From the human T2T-CHM13v2.0 reference genome, Homo sapiens, in NCBI RefSeq assembly GCF_009914755.1, contig NC_060933.1: 64,000 nt of DNA. The stretch is one strand, 5' to 3'. Made by a program: the position numbers and the translations under genes. A model generated the notes under the pieces. It was not told the DNA's origin. It was given only the letters and a program-made list of their open reading frames with translations, and did no database searches. The first letter of the stretch is position 1. Each line of letters begins with the position of its first letter. Positions 39,250-55,858 of the stretch are shown one piece after another.

Positions 39250-40220
39250 TTGCCAGGGCTGGGTTCACTGGCCTGTTTCTCAGGTCAGAGGCATGTGTGT
39301 GCATATGGTGAGTTGGCCAACTTGGGATCTGGCTCACTGGGGCTGGGGCCATGGGGCTATTACTCTGTCCAGGAGCATGAGTTATTTGGCCACCCTGGGG
39401 ACATGCCTGCCAGAAGTGGCTCACAGAGCTGTTTCTCGAAGGCCTAGGACATGGGTGTAAGGCTGCTCAGCTGACCTGGAGGAATGCCCACCAGAGAGGC
39501 CAGCAGGGCTGTCTCTTAGGCCTGGTATATGGGTGCATAGCTGCTTGGCTGGCCTAGGGATACACCTGATGGGGTGATTCATGGGACATTTTCTCAGGCC
39601 CAGGACACAGCTGCACAACTGCTTGACTGGCCTGGGGGTGTTTCTGCAGTGGGTGGCCCACAGGGTTGTTTTGTAGGTCTGAGATGTAAGCACAGGGCTA
39701 TTTGATTGGCCTGCAGGTATGCCCACCAGAGGTGGCCTGTGGGGCTGTTTTGGGGGCCTGAGACATGGGTGCACACCTGCTGTGTTGGCGTAGGAGACAG
39801 GTCTGGGGGCAGGCACAGGGTTGTTGCTCAGGCTCATGACACAGCTTCGTGGCTGCTCAGTTGACCTGGGGATACTTCTGCTGGAGATGGCCCACAGGGC
39901 TGTTTCTTAGGCCTGGTATGCAGGCACATGGCTTCCTGGCCAGCCCAGGGCATGTTCACTAGTGGTGGCCCACAGAGCTGTTTCTCAAGTCCTGGATGTG
40001 GGCTCTTGGCTGCTTAGCTGGTTTGGGGTCGTGCCTACCGGGGGCAGCCTGAAGGAGTATTTCCCAGGTCTTTATGGGAAATGCAGGGCCATTAGGCAGG
40101 CCAGGGGCATGTCTGCAGAGGCAGGGGTGCTGTGGGGCTGTTTCTCCGGTCCTGAGCATGGGAGCATAGCCACTCCACTGGCCTGGGTGCATATTAGCTA
40201 CTAGGAGGCTCAGGGGCCTC
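39250..40220. repeat. diverged ~79-bp tandem array (~12 units) in the L1 5' region
   Basis: Anchor motif (c/t)tgtttctcaggcc recurs at 39273, 39357, 39429, 39509, 39587, 39666, 39745, 39821, 39900, 39978, 40058, 40138. Confidence 0.8.
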
Positions 40221-41050
40221 TCTCTCTTGTGGGAGGGTGCAGAGCAGTTTGGCCAGCTCAAGGCAGGTTGGCCCTGGGCAGGACTGGCAGACTGTTCATC
40301 TGGCTGGAAGTGCAGTAAGCAGGGGTTTGTTTTCTTGCTGTGCAGGACCAGAGTCACAGCTGATCCTAGGCCCAAGCTCTGTGCAGCTGACGTATGGCAT
40401 TCAGCCAACCGTGTGGTGTGGGCTTGGCATAATGAGGATGGAGCGCCCCAGTGCTGGAGATATGCAGTGGCTACCGGCCCCCAGAACAGGGTGTGCTTCA
40501 GAGTTTGCTCTTTTCTCAAGATGGCATTATGCTGCAGCAGCTTGGCCCACAGGGAGTGGGATGGGGGGAATGGGGAGTGCACACCTTGCTCTCCTAATCT
40601 GGAGCAATGTAGCTGCTTGCATACCCAGCAGCTCTTCAAACTGGGCTCAGGGCTTGGGAAGACCGTAGGATTCTTCTGTAATAAGGACTGTAGGTTTTTG
40701 CAGTGCCAGTGGGGGCTGGTGGAGATCTTGTGCTTACCTTTTCCCTGCAATAAGAAGTCCTTCCTGACTCTGGGCACATCCAATCCAGGTGGGGGAGACA
40801 GGGCTATAGAGGCCCAGTGCTTCCTCGCTGCCCTCCTGGATTTCTGATCACCACAGGTGCATCTCCACTCCCCCACCACACTCCACCACTCTCCCTTCCA
40901 CACTCCAGTCAAACCTTAGTTTGTTTATTCATTGTGTTGGGCCTTTCTTGTGGGATAGATGAATACCAGGCATCTCTATCCAGCCATCTTGCCAATGTCA
41001 CTATTGAAGGATTTTAAGCAGAGGTGTGACTTCATGAAACTTATGTTTTA

Positions 41051-41590
<540 letters not shown>

Positions 41591-43997
41591 CCCACTAATG
41601 AGTCAACAAAGTTTATGCTTCTGCTTTGTGGCAAAAAAGACTCTCCTGAGCTAAACCTTTCCTATCAGGCCAGTCTTTTTTTCATTCTCCCTCCATCTTT
41701 TCATGTGTGATAGTCTCTTCCTGGTAAGCATTAATTCAAAGTTCAGCCCTTATAGAATTGTTCTTCCCCTCTCCCTTCTCCTATGGGAGCACAGTGTCTG
41801 TATAAGGGAAAGTTTACTGCTCTTCCCTGGGTACAGCTGGTCTATGTGTTGCCATTTTCTGCTGGACTCCAATTGAGATGTATCATCCAGCTTATCTCTA
41901 ATCCATCCCTGTCCATTAACTTCTGTCCTAGAATCCACTTGGGATGGACAAACAAACACTACCACCAGAACTCTGGAAGCACCAAACTCCATTACTGCTC
42001 TCATCTCAGTAGTCCAGGAGTCCCTTGGTCTTGCAGTCCTCTTGGTACCCTGGGGCTACACAGGAACTTTTGAATCGCTTCTAGATACAGACCACTGGGA
42101 ACCCAGCATGATTTCAGCAGCACTCCCTAGACACTTGCCTTCACAGATGCTGTGCTATAGCCCACTCTTCCCTCCCCCACCTCCATGTCAAACATAGAGC
42201 TTCTCTGAGGCTTGTACCCTGTCACCAAGATCAAAGGATCTCAGGTCACCCTTCTCCCTATCTGAATATTTCTATTGCATCATCCCACCTCCATACTCCC
42301 ACTGTCAATGAAAAGTGCTTCTTTTTATTTCACCTCCTCTGGAGGGAGTTTCCCCTTTATCATATGCTCCTTTTGTTTGTTAGGTGGGGACCATTTTGAT
42401 GGAATGGCAGCAGGGGAATATGATTGGATTTTTTAAATATGATTTGGGTTAGGGTGTCTGTGAAAAAAATCCACATCAATCTATTATCAAACTATTATCT
42501 CCATTTAAATTATTTGCTTATGGTCTGTCTCCACCAGAACAAACTCCACAAGGGTGGGACTCCCTTTTCTGTTCTCTTTACTGCTACATCTCCAGCACCT
42601 AGCACAGGGTCTATTACTCAATAAATATTTGTGGGGAAAAAAATGAAGGGATGAGATGAGCAAACTAATGAATGATGAGTGATCTTATTCTATTAGTACT
42701 GGGATCTGTTGAAGAATTTAGAGCAGAGGATTAAAGCAATCAGATTTGCAGGTAATCAAATATCGTTAAGCTGTGAGAGTCACCATAAGCAGCAATCTGT
42801 ATTGTCGCCCCCTACAGCCCCGCCATGTAACAGCTATTAGCTCAAGCACACATACTGCCGTGGGAGAATTCACTGCTGCAAGTATTCAAATTTGTGATCA
42901 GCCTCCTGAGAAGAGTTGAAGAGAGATCACAAACCTAAGATGGCCTCCCCGACTCTTCATCCTCTTTTTTCCCCTACTGTTTCTCCCTAACACTGTGGTC
43001 CTTTAGTCCCCTGAAGAAGCTTTACATTGTAACCCTTTCAGAGAATTTCAGCGAGATCTGGATACCCAGCCCACTCTGCTATTATATTTGCATTTCATGC
43101 TTAATTTGTCTATAACATTACAACTTTTATACTCCTACATTTCTGCTGTTATAATCATAAAGAATACTATTTTGGGGCTTCTCTTTTGCAAGTGAAATTA
43201 GCATTTCCACGTAAAATAGAGAAGAAAAATTGTTGATCATCTCCCTAAAATGTCTGGGGCTTCATCCAAGCCTGAAGTTTAATTTCTCAGTGTCTGGGAG
43301 GAGCCACTGGTTTGTGCAGGTTTCTCAGTGTACTTAAGTGGTGCCGAGACTCATGCTTCGGGTCTCTTGTGTCGGGGATAACCTGGTTGACTCTTCCTTT
43401 GGTAAAAGAGAAGGAACGTGAGATAAGACATCCCATTTGGGTGTGTCTGAAATGATTTATCTCCTGAAATGGTTTACCATCTCTTGTTCCTTAACTTTAT
43501 GGGATTTCTGACACAAGGGTAGAGTGCAGAAGCCTCTTCACTGAAGGAGGCACCCAGAATCCTGTGGGCCTGGTGTCCTAAATAAAGACAGTGCAGGACT
43601 TTGTGGCCAGTGCTCACCTCCAGAGCAGAATCAAGGGATATGTCCGGAAAGGGCTGGAAGGAAGCGAAGGAGCCCCAAATGCATTTTCACAAAGATCAGG
43701 GACATTTACTCCTGGTATTTATGAAGATTTCTAGCAATGGTATGACAATTCTTCTTCTCTTATGGAATCTTGCCATTAGGGAATTGATGTTTTAGAAGAA
43801 CAAAGAAGCTAACAAACTTCTCAGATAGGGTCAGGGATGTGGAGAGGAACTAGCCCAGATTACCTTTTCAACATCTTTCAATATTATAACTCCAATTCTA
43901 ATGTTAAAAAGCTAAATATTGTTCATAAACTTGTTTCAGTGTCTGAAGGGTGAGGAATAAATTGGGAAACTGCATCCCAGTTTGAAACATATGTAGG

Positions 43998-44952
<955 letters not shown>

Positions 44953-46102
44953 ACTAGGCAAGAAGTCAGCCTGGGGAGATACTGGTGAAAGTGGGAAAAG
45001 AGGGCAAGAGGCTAAATCCTGAGCCTGTAGAATGTGAAATTAACTTGTTTCAGGGTTATATTGAAGGGACTTGGGCTTCCAGCTCAACCCATAAGCCTAA
45101 AAGAAAGAAAAGTGTAAGTCCTTATGGTGTGGGGTAAGGAGTGACTATTTTCCCATGAAATCACGGGAGGGTGAGAACACAACAGTGAGAACCTGGGGCT
45201 CCTCTCTATCTCCAGAAACTTCTCTCTGGTCTTCAGGCACCTGGCATCTCCTAGGGGCTTAATCCTGCTTCTGTCTATCATCTGTACCTGCTTTTTTCAA
45301 CATAGCCAATATTCCCCTGGGCTAAGGGAGTTCAGAATGCTGTTTGCAACCCCAAGCCATGCCCAAATGTCAGGAAACTAAGCCCATTTTTTTCCCATGC
45401 TGAAGCAGCAAGAACTCCAGGGATGTGGTAAGAGATTCAAGCATGGAAAAGGGGGTTGAACTTTGATGTCTTCTAGCCCAGAGGTTCTGCAGAGGGCAAA
45501 TGGGCAGACTCGCAGTAGCTGTCTTTCTCTAGGATCCTACTGTATGGGATACCAGGGGAAAGGATGTCATAATTACCTCTTAGTTACTTTTACCTATGAT
45601 CTCACTAGCCTCACCTAACCACTGTTGAATATCCCATGGACTAGGTACCTGGCACAAAATAGATCCTCAGTAAATGTGTGCTGAATAAACTATATTTTAA
45701 AATGTGCCAAGGCAATTTTAAATGAATAAAATTAGTAATGAAATTATGGATAATTTTTCTATTTTTCCAAATTTCAGTATGGTGTTACTACTTGTATAAT
45801 AGTCTTTTCCTTAAATATTTTACAATTAATAAGTATATTCTTAAAAATATGTAAGTATATACTTAAGTAATTTTATATAAAATTAATAGTTTATAAATAT
45901 ATTTTACCTGTCACTATAAAAAATACTATTTTATATAAAAATTCAGAAAAATTTTCTCCACATATTTTCTAAATGTACTGCAATCACTGAATCACTGCTT
46001 CTCTCTTCTCTATCACAACCTAACTCCACTAGAATGTGAGCCCCTCCAACATGATAATATGAGTCCCCTCCCCACAGTATAAGCTTCATGAGAGCAGGAA
46101 CT

Positions 46103-46241
46103 CTTTTTTTTTTTTTTTTTTTCAAAGAGACAGTGTCTTGATATGTTGCCCAGTCTGGCCTCAAACTCCTGGGCTCAACAGATCCTCCTGCCTCAGCCTC
46201 CCAAGTATATGATACTACATGCATGCCACCACGCCCTGCTA
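46103..46241 (-). mobile_element. FLAM / Alu monomer
   Basis: Antisense monomer with T tract. Confidence 0.8.
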
Positions 46242-46560
46242 ACGAACTCCTTTTATATTCACCACTATTTCCTTAGCTCCAAGAACAATGCCTGATAAGT
46301 AGTAGTCAATCAATAAATATTGCTGAACAAGTGAATAAACATGTGTATGCATCTTTATTCAAAGTCAGAAACATTAAAGCAATCAAGTAGAGGCAATGAG
46401 AATATATTACACAGATTTTCTTATGATATTAATAATGGCTAATATTTATTAAGCATTTATTAAGTAAACAAGCTGGGCACTATGCTAAGCACTGGCCATG
46501 TAAAAATTCTATGATATAGACTCACTCTATTATTAATTTTATTTCAAAAAACCTGGAGGA

Positions 46561-46893
<333 letters not shown>

Positions 46894-46900
46894 TTATTAA

Positions 46901-47119
46901 TTTTTTTTTGAGACAGAGTCTCGCTCTGTCACCCAGGCTGGAGTGCAGTGGCATGATCTTGGCTCACTGCAACCTCTGCCTCCCAGGTTCAAGCTGGGAT
47001 CACAGGTGGGTGCCACCACACCTGGCTAATTTTTGTACTTTTAGTAGAGACAGGGTTTTACTATGTTAGCCATGCTGGTCTCAAATTCCTGACCTCAAGT
47101 GATCCGCCTGCCTCAGCCT
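46901..47119 (-). mobile_element. AluS with internal deletion, 5'-truncated
   Basis: Antisense Alu; ggttcaag joined directly to ctgggatcacagg. Confidence 0.88.
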
Positions 47120-48423
47120 GAGATTATTACTGTTATTAGGTCCTTCCAGATGATATATTTTTTAATTTAGCAAAGCACTAAACCATCTTCACGAGTTATT
47201 CTTCATAGTAAAATTATTGAGTAAGACAATGTCCAAGTTCTCATTATATAGATTCTCAAAATCACACTGGGAGTAAGAGAGTTGCAGTGAGGATTTTGAT
47301 TCCACAATTTCAGTGTGTGGCCACAGCCACTCAGATTCTTTCCAGAAGGCAGAAACAAACATGTAGTAACATTGCTTATGTCACAAGTCTATGGTGAGGG
47401 GGAGTTAATAAGTGATTACAAAATTCTTTGTAAATACAGAGTGCCGTACAAATGCAAAACATCTACAACAACAGTAATTAGTTCTAATCACTATCTCTAT
47501 TCTGTGTGCAGCTGTCTCTCAAAATTCATTTTGGGAGTTTAATCACCCCATCGCAATAAATAAAGTAACCTCCCTCTTCCTCTGACCCTGCTGAGAGCTG
47601 TCCCTCATTCCTCCCAGCTGCTGAACATGCCTCCTGTGTACCCCCAGCCCCCCCTTCCTACTCTCAGCAAAGGCTGAATTCTGACATTAATTGGAAAAAA
47701 AACAGGACCTCCTGAGCCTTAAGCCTTTCGAAATCCCTGACTCTCAAACAAAATTGGGCACAAGACCTGGAGAAGTATACAGACCTTTCAAAATAGGACT
47801 CTGCCCTTCCCTTACACAGGAAGGGAACTTTTCCTTCCTTGGAGCTCCAGTAATGCTCAGGTAGCTATGGTGAAATACCAGGTTGACAAATTATCATTTA
47901 TTTAGCAATGTAAGGCACATAATGGGTGCTGAATAATGTAGCAGTCATGACAATGATCAATTCAACATGTATATACTGTCTACAGCTTCTAGAGTAGTTG
48001 CAACAGAAACCATATGGCTCACAAAACCAAAAGTATTCTCTGGCCTTTTACAGAAGCAATTTACTCTCTGACCCTTTGTAGCAGTAGTTTGCCGACCCCT
48101 GAAAGGATGTGAATATAGATAAAGGAAAGGACTGAGCCCTGAGTCAACATTTAGAGATGAGAAATATAAGAAAAAGCAGGTCATGACACAGGCAGAAAAC
48201 TAGAGGAATGTGGTGTCGCCAAAGCAAGTGAAGATTGTTTACTAAGGTAAGAGGGAATGATCAACTACGTTAATGGTACCTGGAGGACATGTAAGATGTG
48301 GATTGAGAACTGAATCCTGGATTTCATAACTTGAAGGCCACTGGGGACCTTTACAAGACCCTTCTCAGTGGAAGGGTAGGAATGAAAGTCTAATTGATGT
48401 GGTGGGTTCAAGAGAGAATGGAA

Positions 48424-48816
<393 letters not shown>

Positions 48817-48849
48817 TTAAAAAGGGTTGTGGAATAAAGGAGTGTATTT

Positions 48850-48883
48850 GTGTGTGTGGGGGGGGGTGTGTGTGTGTGTGTGT
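48850..48883. repeat. (TG)n microsatellite interrupted by a G run
   Basis: gtgtgtgtgggggggggtgtgtgtgtgtgtgtgt. Confidence 0.85.
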
Positions 48884-49132
48884 CAACAGTATCTCACAAC
48901 ATATTTGTGTACTGATGAGAATGCGAAAATTATCCAGTACAGATAAGAATGATGATGACAATGAAGACAGATGAGGACAAAGAGGAGGGAAAAAAGAGGT
49001 TAAATTGGGATACAGATACACTGTGGAAGCTGCAGCCCTACTGGTAAGGGATAGAGTTTCAGCAGTGGGGTGAAGTGATTCCCGTGCCAAGTATCTAGGG
49101 TGAATAAGAGTCCTCAAAAAAAAAAAATTGAG

Positions 49133-50837
49133 TCTCCCTCTCCCTCTCCCGCTCCCGCTCCCGCTCCCACCCCCTCTCCCTCTCCCTCTCCCCACGGTCT
49201 CCCTCTCCCTCTCTTTCCACGGTCTCCCTCTGATGCCGAGCCGAAGCTGGACTGTACTGCCGCCATCTCGGCTCACTGCAACCTCCCTGCCTGATTCTCC
49301 TGCCTCAGCCTGCCGAGTGCCTGCCATTGCAGGCGCGCGCCGCCACGCCTGACTGGTTTTCGTATTTTTTTGGTGGAGACGGGGTTTCGCTGTGTTCGCC
49401 GGGCTGGTCTCCAGCTCCTAACCGCGAGTGATCCGCCAGCCTCGGCCTCCGGAGGTGCCGGGATTGCAGACGGAGTCTCGTTCACTCAGTGCTCAATGGT
49501 GCCCAGGCTGGAATGCAGTGGCGTGATCTCGGCTCGCTACAACCTCCACCTCTCAGCCGCCTGCCTTGGCCTCCCAAAGTGCCGAGATTGCAGCCTCTGC
49601 CCGGCCGCCACCCCGTCTGGGAAGTGAGGAGCGTCTCTGCCTGGCCGCCCATCGTCTGGGATGTGAGGAGCCCCTCTGCCTGGCTGCCCAGTCTGGAAAG
49701 TGAGGAGCGTCTCTGCCCTGCCGCCATCCCATCTAGGAAGTGAGGAGCGCCTCTTCCCGGCCGCCATCCCATCTAGGAAGTGAGGAGCGTCTCTGCCCGG
49801 CCACCCATCGTCTGAGATGTGGGGAGCGCCTCTGCCCCACCGCCCCGTCTGGGATGTGAGGAGCACCTCTGCCCGGCCGCGACCCCGTCTGGGAGGTGAG
49901 GACCGTCTCTGCCCAGCCGCCCCGTCTGAGAAGTGAGGAGACCCTCTGCCTGGCAACCGCCCCGTCTGATAAGTGAGGAGCCCCTCCGCCCGGCAGCCGC
50001 CCCGTCTGAGAAGTGAGGAGCCCCTCTGCCCGGCAGCCACCCCGTCTGGGAAGTGAGGAGCGTCTCCACCCGGCAGCCACCCCGTCCGGGAGGGAGGTGG
50101 GGGTCAGCCCCCGCCAGGCCAGCCGCCCCGTCCGGGAGGGAGGTGGGGGGGTCAGCCCCCCCGCCGGGCCAGCCGCCCCGTCCGGGAGGGAGGTGGGGGG
50201 GTCAGCCCCCCCGCCGGGCCAGCCGCCCCGTCCGGGAGGTGAGGGGCGCCTCTGCCCCGGCCGCCCCTACTGGGAAGTGAGGAGCCCCTCTGCCCGGCCA
50301 CCACCCCGTCTGGGAGGCGTACCCAACAGCTCATTGAGAACGGGCCATGATGATAATGGCGGTTTTGTGGAATAGAAAGGGGGAAAGGTGGGGAAAAGAT
50401 TGAGAAATCGGATGGTTGCCGTGTCTGTGTAGAAAGCGGTAGACATGGGAGACTTTTCATTTTGTTCTGTACTAAGAAAAATTGTTCTGTCTTGGGATCC
50501 TGTTGATCTGTGACCTTACCCCCAACCCTGTGCTCTCTGAAACATGTGCTGTGTCCACTCAGGGTTGAATGGATTAAGGGCGGTGCAAGATGTGCTTTGT
50601 TAAACAGATGCTTGAAGGCAGCAGGCTCGTTAAGAGTCATCACCATTCCCTAATCTCAAGTACCCAGGGACACAAACACTGCGGAAGGCCGCAGGGTCCT
50701 CTGCCTAGGAAAACCAGAGACCTTTGTTCACTTGTTTATCTGCTAACCCTCCCTCCACTATTGTCCTGTGACCCTGCCAAATCCCCCTCTGCGAGAAACA
50801 CCCAAGAATGATCAATTTAAAAAAAAAAAAAAAAAAA
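49133..50837 (+). mobile_element. SVA retrotransposon with all domains (probably SVA_D-like)
   Basis: CCCTCT hexamer head 49133-~49215, antisense Alu-like domain to ~49600, GC-rich VNTR ~49600-50310, SINE-R ~50310-50815, poly(A) 50819-50837. Confidence 0.97.
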
Positions 50838-51827
50838 TGAAAATCACAACAACAAGGCAGAAAGCTGTCTGGCCTCGCTTGATGTAAAAGGTAATGGTTT
50901 TCACCTACTGGAGGCCAACCAAGGGCCAGGAAGGGAAGAACCTGGCTAGCCCTGCGCAGAGATGGAAAGGATCATGAAGATTCTGAAAATAAAGCTCTGA
51001 CTTCCAAGTCATGTTGTCTGAAATAGATTCATGGTTCTCTAGATTAGTTTCCCTTTTGTTATCCTTTACTAATATCTCAATCAGATATTCCATATTTTTA
51101 TAGGGAATCTAACAAAAGCCCTGTGTCCACGTGAGAATCAGAGTGTTGAAGGAACAGTGTTTTCTTGAGGCCAGTGTGGTGAGGGAAACTGATCAGAAAA
51201 AGATGGATGAATTCCACAGGCACAGAGCCCGGGCCACAAAGTGGAGACAGCCCTTGATTTTCATTCCAGTGTGTTAACCTTAGAAATTTTGTGTTTTGTT
51301 TAATGAAGAAGAGGAAGCCTTACAAAATCATAGAGGATTTTGCTTGAAGAAGGCACATGTTCTAGCATATGGTCTCTTATAAAACAGAACTTTCAAGGTT
51401 TAACTCTTCCAGGAGACTCCCCAGGCAGTGAGGGGAAGTTCAGCAAAGCAGCCCCAACTCTGTTCCCTGAGTTTCTCCTTCCCTTGTTACCTCAAGAACT
51501 GAGGCCCACCCCAGGAATACAAAGTTCTTTCTTTCACGTTATGTTACAAATGTAGTCAAAAACTCCTCTTGCCTTTGCAGGGCAGAGACAGACTAGAATA
51601 TTCAAAAGCCTTTCCGGGAGAGTAAGGGAAAATGAAGCAAACAGAAACTGCAGAGGCAGGAAAACAGGAAATTGAGATCTAGGCACATGGTTATATCGCC
51701 AGGATTATCTGGATTTAAATCATAGCTCTGACACTTACTGGCGATATAACCCTGTGCAAGTTACTGAACTTCCCTGAAACATAGTTTCCTCATCTATAAA
51801 ATGGGTTAAAAAAGCCATGAGCCTGTT

Positions 51828-52480
<653 letters not shown>

Positions 52481-53103
52481 AATGGGTAAATTTATACCTA
52501 TGTGTCTTAGTTTAGGTCCTCCAAGAAGTAGATGCCAAGAATCGGTGTAGACTTGCAGGATATTGGGGGAAATGCCTGCAAAAGGTAATTGGGAGGAAGC
52601 AGGAGGATGCTGAGGGAGCTGTCAGAGAGAGATGCACACCTGACCCCTGAGAAGGAGAGGAGGAAAGAAGAAAGGTTGGATAGGTCAGGCCTTAGGGTGC
52701 CACGTAGAATTCTCAGGCCAGAGTTGTCTGTCAGAGGAGTCCTATGTTTCATAAGAATGGACCTGCCATAATATCCCTGCCATGTGCCATCACTGGCTGG
52801 AAGCAGACCATGAGAAGCATGGCCTCAGAGCAAATGTAGTGATGTGTTTAGAACACAGCACCAGCCAATTGTATTCCCTACAGTAGGAGATTGGAGAGGC
52901 ACATTCTCATGGTCCCACACATCTACTTCTACTCAGGGGACTGAGGAGCAGCTCCTCTATGGTTCCCACAGACCCTTCTTCCTAAAGGTAAACTTAGAAG
53001 GGCCAGGTTAGTGGAACATCACTACTGTTGATATCAGGCCTACAACTGGTACACATACTCTCCCTTCTCCATTCTAAATTCCCCTCACTGTTGAGGTGGG
53101 GTG

Positions 53104-53653
53104 TGACAGAGCAGGAGCACTGTCATCTCAGACAAATACCGCCACTTTAAGTTCCAGCTCCCTTTCTAGCCTCATACATTTCAAGGAAATCACTTCTCTT
53201 CTAACTACAAGCAGCCAGAAAGAGCAGACAGTAAAACACAGATAAGACAGCTCAGGCACAGAGGGAGGTGGGGGGAAAGTCTCTTGGGTAACTGCCAAAC
53301 TTCACCCTTATACAATGGGCCCCAGTGAAACAGTGGGCCTTAATAAGCACATTCCTTTCCTTGCACTAAGATAGGGGAGCTAAAAGCAGACTTTGAGGGT
53401 ATGCCTGCAGCTGCAGAAAGATGGGAGGGAAGAGACACACAATTCTCCCTCCCAGATAAGCACAACAAAGACACACAGAAGCAGTCCAAGCCTCTGATAA
53501 ACTCTCCCACCCTGAATCCTGTAAGAGAGTGTGCCTCTGACCTAACTTGGCTAGAATGCTCCTCTCAGGTTTGTTTTCTCTAAAAAAAAAAAAAACCTGT
53601 CTTGACTGGTGAGCCACCTTTGGTGTTTCTTTCCTCTTTCTTTAATTCTTACA
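53104..53653 (+). mobile_element. solo LTR (family not resolved) inserted into the head of an Alu monomer
   Basis: TG...CA termini; 5-bp TSD GGGTG (53099-53103 / 53654-53658); FLAM-like monomer continues to ~53782. Confidence 0.75.
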
Positions 53654-54721
53654 GGGTGTGGTGGCTCACACCTATAATCCCAATACTTAGGGAGACTGAG
53701 TCAGAAAGATCAGTTGAGGCCAGGAGTTTTAAGACCAGGCCAGCAACATAGTGAGACCCCATCTCTCCGAAAAAATAAAATAAGTTCCCTCTTTGTTATC
53801 TATAACCTTGGCAGGTCTTGGTGGCTTACCTGCCACCAAGGTGTGACCCAGCCTTCACTCCTGAAGAGTCTGGTAATCATGCCGTTGGTAATCACATCCT
53901 TCTCCAGCTGGAGTTGTGTAAGTGTCCATTTGAGAAGGCAAGGGAATACCAGGAGGTGTCCAACTGTGTCACTTAGATTTCACACATATTCCCTTCCTGT
54001 TCCCACTGTGTAAAAGCAGCCTTTCCTCCTTCTGCTGATCATGGTTAATTACCTCTGCCAATATGGTGACTCCTTTTCTCTCAGACTGGTTCCTAAACAC
54101 AAGGAGCCTGAAATGCCTTGGTGGGAGGCATAGCTTATAGTTCGGTGGGACTCTTGACTGTATCTTTTGGCAAGAGTGCACCTTCTTTGGAGACCAGGAC
54201 ACCTCCAATTTTGCAGAGCTCAGAGTTGCATGGATATGAAATACAAAATCCCCCAGTGGGTCATTAGGAGTAAGGGTAAGTGGGGTTACTCCTGCTTGTA
54301 CCCTTGGTTCCTAGACGCATGTATTCTTCCTCCTGGGGACCTAGCACAATATAAAGGTCTCTGTCTATATACTGCATCCTAAAGGATGGTGCCCCATCCT
54401 TTCAGAATGTTGCCACCAAGCTGGCACTTTAGCTGTGCCTTTAAATGGCTGGTCTAGCATTTTCTGAGACCATCTGCCCCTGGATGATGCTATGTGTGAT
54501 GTGGCCAGTAGACAATATGATCATAGGTCAACTCCACACTTCCTTCACTGGGAAGTGGGTCTCATGTCTGGATGCTAATGCTCTGTGGGATTGTATGCTT
54601 GTGGAGCAGGCATTCCATAAGCCCCTGAATAGTGATGCTGGCTAAGGCATGAATGGTAGCAAAGACAAACCCTTACCCAGAATAAGTCATTTGTCCTTCT
54701 AAGGATAAACCACTGGCCCTT

Positions 54722-55091
54722 TGTCTCAGTCTGTTCAGGCTGCTATAGCAAAATATCATAAAATGGGTACCTTATAAACAACAGAAATTTATTTCTTACA
54801 GTTCTGGAGGCTGGGAAGACCAAGATCAAGGCACTGGCAGATTCAGTGTCTGGTGAGGACCCTATTTTTCCATAGACAGATGTCTTCTCACTGTAACCTT
54901 ACATGGTGGACGCCTTCCACCATGCTCTCTGCCAAACAAGCTCCCTTGGGCCCCTTTTATAAGGACATTAATCCCATTCATTTCTACCCTCATGATCTAA
55001 TCACTTCCCAAAGGCTTCACCTATTAATACCATCACCTTGGGGGTTAGGATTTCAAAATTTTGAAGGGACACAAACAGTCAGACCATAGCA
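54722..55091 (-). mobile_element. MaLR solo LTR (MLT1A/MST-like)
   Basis: tgtctcagtctgttcaggctgctatagc...agaccatagca; TSD CCCTT (54717-54721 / 55092-55096). Confidence 0.88.
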
Positions 55092-55858
55092 CCCTTCCAG
55101 TATGAGAGATGCCCAATGTAGTTGACTTGTCACTAAGTGGCTGGTTGGTCTCAAGGAATAGTGCCACATCAAGGGCACACCATTGGTCTCTATTGCTGAT
55201 AGCTTAAACATTCAGAAGCAGCAGTAGCCAGACTTCCAAGGCCTGCATTGTGATTCCTTCTTGGGAGCTTAACATAACCTTCATACTGCATCTTTTCCTA
55301 CCACTGACATTTCCAACACCTTAGGGTCCTCCAAATCCTACTGGCAGGACAGCTCGCACCACAGCCTAAACCTACTGCAGAACCCTTTTCTTTTCCAGGT
55401 CCCATTGAAAGCTGGCAGCCTTCCATGTTGGGACAGAGCAATGTTCCTAGGTGTAGAATGTGTTGCTTCCAGATCCCAAAGAAGTCTGCTGGCACTGTAC
55501 TTCCATCTTTATGGTAGGGGATACATGAGGTGCAATTCATTTTTTACTTTGGAAAGATATGCCAACAAACTTCTAATGATCCCTAAAAATTTCACTGAAG
55601 TTGTAGGTTCCTAAATCTTTTAGGGTGTCTCCCACCCTCTAGAGCACATCAGCATGCTATCAATGAAATGGATTAGTGTGATGGTTCTGCAAAATACACA
55701 GGTAGTCCAGATCTCATCAAATTATATTATGACAGAGGGCAGGGGCATTAACATAACCCTGAGGGCAAATTGTAAATGAATATTTTTGGCCATCCCATAT
55801 GAATATAAACTGTTTCTGATCCTCTTTACTGATTGGAATTGAAAAGAATGCCTTTGTC

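Noticed and set aside
39250-40220. Regularly spaced motif resembling a CRISPR array
   Set aside because: Whole units are homologous (no unique spacers), repeats are highly diverged, there are no cas genes, and the context is a mammalian L1
39959-40912. 317-aa ORF (and overlapping 206-aa ORF) as a novel gene
   Set aside because: Lies in the GC-rich L1 5' region where stops are rare; no recognisable domain or splice structure
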